This document shows, one piece after another, positions 58,678-64,000 of a DNA stretch of 64,000 nt. Source of the stretch: an uncultured Acidimicrobiaceae bacterium (GTDB lineage: Bacteria > Actinomycetota > Acidimicrobiia > Acidimicrobiales > Ilumatobacteraceae); assembly GCA_963699815.1 (NCBI GenBank), contig CAVOVK010000004.1, positions 74,478 through 138,477 on the forward strand, written 5' to 3'. Positions within the stretch are counted from its first letter, which is position 1. Each line of letters starts with the position of its first letter. Made by a program: the position numbers and the translations under genes. The notes under the pieces were generated by a model. That model did no database searches, was not told the DNA's origin, and saw only the letters and a list, made by a program, of their open reading frames with translations.

Positions 58678-58778
58678 GACAAATGTCGGAAATGTTTCGG
58701 CCCGGCGCGTTCTCGGCCTATCCACCGAGCGCGACGGTCGTGCCGCAGCGGACCGCGGCGCGCCACATCGAGTCGTCA

Positions 58779-61145
58779 TTACTCGTAGCGAAGGGCCGTG
58801 CCGGGCGCCATTCGTACGACCCGGCGCAGCGGAAGCCGGATCACGATCAGTGTCGCGACCAGCGTGACGACGAGTGACACGGCGATCGTCCAGAGCGGGA
58901 AGCGGAACGTGAAGGCGGCCTCGAAACGGCGCTCGAAGACCCACAGGATCAGCCTCGCCAGCCCGTATCCGACCGGGATGCCGATCAGCCATCCGAGGAG
59001 GGCGATCGTGAGCCCTTCGGCCCGGAACATCGCCCGCAGATCGCGCCGCCGTGCGCCGATGCTGCGCAGGATGCCGATTTCGCGGGTGCGGTCGAGCACG
59101 TTGCTGGCCATCGCGCTCACGAGTCCGATCATCCCGATCGCCACGACCGGGAGCCCCATCGCCATCACGACCGTCACGATCAGGCGGTTCTCGGCCATGT
59201 TCTGATCGCGGTCGATGTAGCGCAGGCTCGACGCGACCTGGTAGCCGTTGCGCTCCAACACCTCGTGGATCCCGGCTGCGGCCGCATCGACGGTCGCCGG
59301 CTCCGGGTCGACCGTTCTCACCCAGTAGTTGCCGGTGCGTCCACCCCTCGTAGTCGAGCACCGTTCGGAACGGCATGAACAGGCCCTGCCCGTTGTTGAC
59401 GAGCTGGCCGTCGATGCCGATCACGTCGAGGTCGATCGGTCCACGGCGGGTTTCGACGGTGACGGTGTCGCCGACCGTGAGCCCGGTTTGGTTGGCGAGC
59501 GCCTCGCCGATCACGACGACCGGAGCGGCCTCCTCGGCCTCCTCCGGGGAGAACCAACGTCCGGCGATCACGTCGTGGTCGTAGGTGCTCTCTGCGGGCA
59601 GCCCCCACACGTACTTCTCGCCGTCGAGTTCGACGCTGCTGTAGATCATCGGATGAGCGAACGCCACTTCCGGTACCGACTCGATCAGCTCGCCGGCCCG
59701 TGCGTCGAGACCGGGGTCCCGGTTCCACACGATGATGTCGCCGCCTTCGAGATCGAACGAGTTGGCGTCCTCGTCGACAGCGGTGATCAGCACCGAGCCG
59801 AAGGCGAGCATCGTGCCGACGGCGAGCCCGATCGGCACGGCGGTCGCGACGGTCCGACCCGCCCGGCGGGTCGCGTTCCGCATGCCCATCTGCGTCGGCG
59901 TCCGGCGAGGGGAAGCCGAGCGGCAACCCGGTCGAGTGGTCGCAGCCCGTATCCGGCGACGACTCCGTGGTCCTCGATCGCGTCGCGAACGGTGATCCGG
60001 GACGCGCGTCGCAGGGCCGGCCAGGACGCGGCCGCGGTGCCGCCGAGGCCGACGACGATGCTGAGCACCAGCGCGAGACCGCTGATGCGCCATCCGACCG
60101 AGGTCCCGCCGAACTCGTCGCTCATGAACGTCATCAACCAGTTGCTGAGGGGGATGCCGACGACGATGCCCGCGGCGGTGCCGATTCCGCCGAGGATCAG
60201 CGCTGTTCGGAGAAACCCGACGGCGACGGTGCGGCGGGTGCCTCCGATCGCCTTCATCACCCCGATCTCGCGGGTCTGCTCGCGGACCATCGTGTTCATC
60301 GTCGTGAAGATCAGGATCAGCGCCGAGACGAGCGCGATCCCGGCGATCACGTAGAACACGACGATGAAGTTGCCGAAGTCCTCCGAACCCGGCCACGTGC
60401 CCTCCCGCCAGACCTCCAGCACGTCCCAGTAGGCGATGTCATCGAGCTCGGCGGCGAGCATCGAGCGGAGTTCGGTCACCATCGCGTCCACGGCCGTCGG
60501 CGAGGGGTCGACGGCGACGACGTCGATCGAGTTGGGCGCCGGGTAGTTCATCACGCGCTGCACGTCGGCGTTCGTCATGTACAGCACGGGCGCATCCTGC
60601 GCGACCTCGCTGCTGTAGCGGACGGTGCCGCCGGAGCCGCTGATCCCGAACTGTTCCCAGCGCCCGGTGTACGTGCGCACCTCGACCGCATCGCCGACCG
60701 CGCCGTTGAAGCGTCCGGTCCGGGCGTTCTCGGCATCGGTGATCAGCTGGTTCGGCTGGTCGGGGAACACCCCGGCCGTCAGCGACACGATGTTCACGGT
60801 CTGCTGCTCGAAGTCGGCGACACCGACGAGGATCACGCCCTGCGTGCGGCCATCGATACGGATCTCGCTACGGGCGAGCGTGCGCGTGTCGAGCGCCGCC
60901 ACGTTGTCGACGGAACGCAGCGAAGCGAGCTGGGCGGGCGTCAGGTGAGCGGCAGCCGGCGCCAGTCGTGCGGTGTGCATGGCGTCGGACCGGACCCGCT
61001 GCTCCATCGTGGCGTCGACGTTGCCCGGGATCGCGAACAGCCAGACGCCGGCGATCGCCACCGCGATCGTCGCGATCGTCAGGGCCGATCGGCCGCGCCG
61101 CCGCGTCAGCTCCCTGATCGATCGGCGCGAGTGAGCCGAGATCAT
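58779..61145 (-). CDS. FtsX/MacB-like ABC permease with duplicated domains (frameshifts ~59330, ~59900)
   Basis: EQTREIGVMKAIGG and DRTREIGILRSIGA; C-terminal ALRYE. Confidence 0.85.
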
Positions 61146-61900
61146 CGCCGATCATCGTCGCCGGTCAGGCACCCGTCGCGGATCGACACGACGCGGGCTG
61201 CCCGCTCGGCCAGCGCCTGGTCGTGGGTGACGTAGACCACCGTGGTGCCACGTGCGTTCACGTCGCTGAGGACGGAGAACATCTCGTCGGCGGTGTCGGT
61301 GTCGAGGTTGCCGGTCGGTTCGTCGGCGACGAGGATCGACGGATCGCAGGCGAGCGCCCGGGCGATCGCGACCCGCTGCTGCTCGCCGCCCGAGAGCTCG
61401 GCCGGGAACTGATCGAGGTGGTCGCCGAGCCCGACCTGGGTGAGCCGGGCGGCGGCCCGCTCGGAGCGCTCGTTCACCGAACCGATCCGGGCGAAGTCGA
61501 GCGGCAGCATCACGTTCTCGCGTGCGGTCAGCGTCGGCAGGAGCTGGAAGAACTGGAAGACGATGCCGACGTGCTCGCCGCGCCAGACGGCGAGCTGCTC
61601 CTCGTCGAGTTCGTTCAGGTCGCGGCCCGTCACCGCGACCGTCCCGGCAGTCGGGCGGTCGATGCCGGTGATGATGTTCAGGATCGTCGACTTGCCGCTC
61701 CCGCTCGGACCCACGATCGCGATCAGCTCGCCGGGTGCGACCTCGAGGTCGACGCCGCGCAGTGCCTGATACTGCACCCGGCCACTGCGGTAGACCTTCT
61801 CGATCCCGCGGAGCCGGATGATCGCGGTGCCGGAGTCGACAGCTGGCTCGGGGTCGAGCCGACGGGCCTCACGGCTCGCCGTGTCGGACGACTGGGGCAT
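61142..61900 (-). CDS. ABC ATP-binding protein (LolD/MacB-like)
   Basis: [34 protein letters not shown]. Confidence 0.92.
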   Translation of the reverse strand: MPQSSDTASREARRLDPEPAVDSGTAIIRLRGIEKVYRSGRVQYQALRGVDLEVAPGELIAIVGPSGSGKSTILNIITGIDRPTAGTVAVTGRDLNELDEEQLAVWRGEHVGIVFQFFQLLPTLTARENVMLPLDFARIGSVNERSERAAARLTQVGLGDHLDQFPAELSGGEQQRVAIARALACDPSILVADEPTGNLDTDTADEMFSVLSDVNARGTTVVYVTHDQALAERAARVVSIRDGCLTGDDDRR

Positions 61901-61954
61901 CCATGGTTCCGAGCTACCACCGAGCCATCCGCCCGACAAGAGTCGATCGTCACA

Positions 61955-62147
61955 GCCCACAGCGTCGTCGTGCCGGCGCCGAGCGATTGCTCCGGTTACT
62001 TGGGGCCCAGTGCCTCGATGGTGCCGACACCCGTGACCGTCGAGCTCACCTCGGGCCGGCCGTAGTACCGGACGGTGCCGACCCCGGTGACCGACACGTA
62101 GAGCTCATCGACGGCCCACAGCGTCGTCGTGCCGGCGCCGAGCGATT
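61955..62147. repeat. 34-bp exact direct repeat (61955-61988 and 62114-62147)
   Basis: GCCCACAGCGTCGTCGTGCCGGCGCCGAGCGATT occurs twice. Confidence 0.9.
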
Positions 62148-62739
62148 CGACCGAGGCACCGTCGGCCCGCAGGTCTCGACCGTCGAAGTCTCCGGCACCG
62201 GACTGCACGACATCGAGTCGGTCGGTCCGACCGGTGGCGACGATGCCACCGGCACCGCTCAGGGAGATACTCACCCTCGAAGCCTCGACATCGGGCGCGA
62301 GGATCGTGCCGGCGCCGGACAGTTCGATCTGGAGCTCATCGTCCGTGGTGCAGCCGGCGAGGTCGATCGTGCCGGCTCCGGAGAGGACGGCGGCGGTGAC
62401 GATCGGACAGCCGACCCGATAGGTGACGCCGTTGGTGGGATCGATGTCGGTCCCCGGCTCGGTCGAAAGCGTGAGCGTGTCTCCCGAGACGTCGGCCCTG
62501 ATCGCGGTGAGCAGGTTGTCGTCCGTCTCGACTTCGACGAACCCGTCCGAGCCGGCGCCGAACAGAACGTCGCCTTCGCCGGCGAGTACGACGCGCTCGA
62601 AATCGGCGATCGACCGGGTCTCCACCACCACCTCCCCGGAACCCCGAACCCGGTCGCCCTCAGTGAGGAGGTCGCTGCAGCCGGCCAGCAACAGGCACAG
62701 CCCCACCACCATCGCCACCGGAGCACGGGGATTCACCAT
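61996..62739 (-). CDS. Head GIN domain (DUF2807) lipoprotein
   Basis: LLAGC lipobox, GSGEVVVETR, DDNLL, repeated SGAG, YYGRP. Confidence 0.85.
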   Translation of the reverse strand: MVNPRAPVAMVVGLCLLLAGCSDLLTEGDRVRGSGEVVVETRSIADFERVVLAGEGDVLFGAGSDGFVEVETDDNLLTAIRADVSGDTLTLSTEPGTDIDPTNGVTYRVGCPIVTAAVLSGAGTIDLAGCTTDDELQIELSGAGTILAPDVEASRVSISLSGAGGIVATGRTDRLDVVQSGAGDFDGRDLRADGASVESLGAGTTTLWAVDELYVSVTGVGTVRYYGRPEVSSTVTGVGTIEALGPK

Positions 62740-62935
62740 CCGATTCCTGCCGGTCGTCGCCCGCACGGGCACCACCTCCAGGTTCATCATCAGTGATGAC
62801 CATCGTTGCCTCCAGGGCAAAAAGGCCACAACGGCGATCCGCTGAGCCGAACCAGGGCCTGTGTCGCCGGTCTCGCAGACAGGATGAGGCCATTGTGCCC
62901 TGCCGCCCCGGCCACCCCAGACCGCACAATGGAAC

Positions 62936-63214
62936 GTGAGAAGGAGGAACGGACACGTGATCTGGCTGGGAGTCGGGGTCGGTGTCGCAGCGATCGCTCT
63001 GTTGCTCGTGCTCGCTGTCCAACGCCGTCGTGGCACATCGCCCGACGGCCGAACCGTCGACGATGTCGACCCACTCTTCACCACCGGGATCGCCCTCACC
63101 GGTGCCGGTGTCGCCCTCGCGACCACCGTCGGCAACTTCATGTACGTCGTGATGATCGTCGGGTTGATCCTGATGGCAGTCGGGGCGAGCCGAACACGAC
63201 ACCCGCACCACTGA
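62936..63214 (+). CDS. Small membrane protein
   Basis: Three hydrophobic segments; AGGAGG RBS near the start. Confidence 0.6.
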   Translation: MRRRNGHVIWLGVGVGVAAIALLLVLAVQRRRGTSPDGRTVDDVDPLFTTGIALTGAGVALATTVGNFMYVVMIVGLILMAVGASRTRHPHH

Positions 63215-63381
63215 TCGATCCGCCGCCCGAACCGAGGTGCCACCGGGTTCGCCGGCCGACGCGCCGAGATGGTCGGCGTCACCGACCGATCGCGCCCTGG
63301 GCCATACTTGCGTTACGCGGTCAGACCATCGGTGCCGTCCTGGGAGGTGAAGCCGCGATGGGTGAGATCGACGAAGGTGTC

Positions 63382-64000
63382 ATGGAGGGCTACCTGCTCC
63401 TCGCTGATATCTCCGGCTACACCACGTTCTTGACAGGAACCGAACTCGAGCACTCGCACGCGATCGTGACCGAACTGACGAAGCTGATCCGGTCGGCGCT
63501 CACGCCTCCGATGCAGTTCGTGAAGGTCGAAGGCGATGCCGTGTTCTGCTTCGCTCCGCACGCAGCATTCCCGAACGGCGAACTGCTGGTCGAGCTCGTG
63601 GAATCCTGCTATTTCGACTTCAGCAATCGGCTCCTGAACATGACGCGCTCGACGACGTGCACGTGCGATGCGTGCCGCGCCATCGACGGCCTCGATCTGA
63701 AGTTCGTCGCCCATCGTGGAACGTTCATCGTCGATCGTGACGAGGACGGCCGCCTCGACCTCGCCGGGCCCGACGTGATCCTCGTGCATCGGTTGCTGAA
63801 GAACACGATCATCGAGCACGGTGGGCCGGCGTCGTACGGGTTCTTCACCGATTCGTGCCTCACCGGTGTCTCGGCCGAGTTCCGGCTGCCGCCGCACCAC
63901 GAGTCGTACGAGTCGTTCGGCCAGGTGAACGGCGTGGTACAGGATCTGGCCGCAGTGGCGGCACGACGACGTGAGGCACAGGTGGTGCGCGTCACCGATG
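63382..64000 (+). CDS. DUF2652-like protein (nucleotide-cyclase-like fold; partial, frameshifted ~63460-63500; absent from the ORF track)
   Basis: MEGYLLLADISGYTTFL...ELEHS; KVEGDAVF; CTCDAC; LKFVAH; GPDVILVHRLLKN. Confidence 0.8.
   Translation, partial: MEGYLLLADISGYTTFLTGTELEHSHAIVTELTKLIRSALTPPMQFVKVEGDAVFCFAPHAAFPNGELLVELVESCYFDFSNRLLNMTRSTTCTCDACRAIDGLDLKFVAHRGTFIVDRDEDGRLDLAGPDVILVHRLLKNTIIEHGGPASYGFFTDSCLTGVSAEFRLPPHHESYESFGQVNGVVQDLAAVAARRREAQVVRVTD

Overview
High-GC window that looks actinobacterial (inference: Acidimicrobiia/Ilumatobacter-like, from 'AACGGDDD' lipoproteins with T/P/A-rich linkers and leaderless promoters). More than 20 otherwise intact genes carry single-base frameshifts, most likely long-read indel errors, so gene ends are approximate. 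From left to right: organosulfur and peptide genes (MBL hydrolase, arylsulfatase, TetR, Dpp/Opp ABC system, MFS, nitroreductase, cysteine-dioxygenase-like cupin, multi-rhodanese, OAH sulfhydrylase); assorted catabolic genes (CocE/NonD, 3-hydroxyacyl-CoA dehydrogenase, formamidase, MetE-like, MMPL/ArsR, P450, DUF151, enoyl-CoA hydratase, EEP, TauD, agmatine deiminase/CN-hydrolase, PhnZ-like, CorA, acyl-CoA ligase, LLM); a ~14.5 kb beta-1,3-glucan utilisation locus (GH149-like phosphorylase, GH3, two GH16, LacI, sugar ABC, RspA/ManD) with two duplicated promoters carrying tandem TGGGAGCGCTCCCA operators; and an FtsX-type ABC pair, a GIN-domain lipoprotein and a partial DUF2652 gene. The standout is a linalool dehydratase/isomerase (LinD)-family gene (minus strand, ~28827-30306). 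Both catalytic Cys positions are in-frame TGA codons (GCH-U-ENTKVWPF-U-LAG), each followed by a GGUCUG-containing hairpin, and the second hairpin has the same register as the E. coli fdhF SECIS. It is a candidate di-selenocysteine enzyme that the ORF track splits into three pieces. No rRNA, tRNA, CRISPR array or mobile element was seen.
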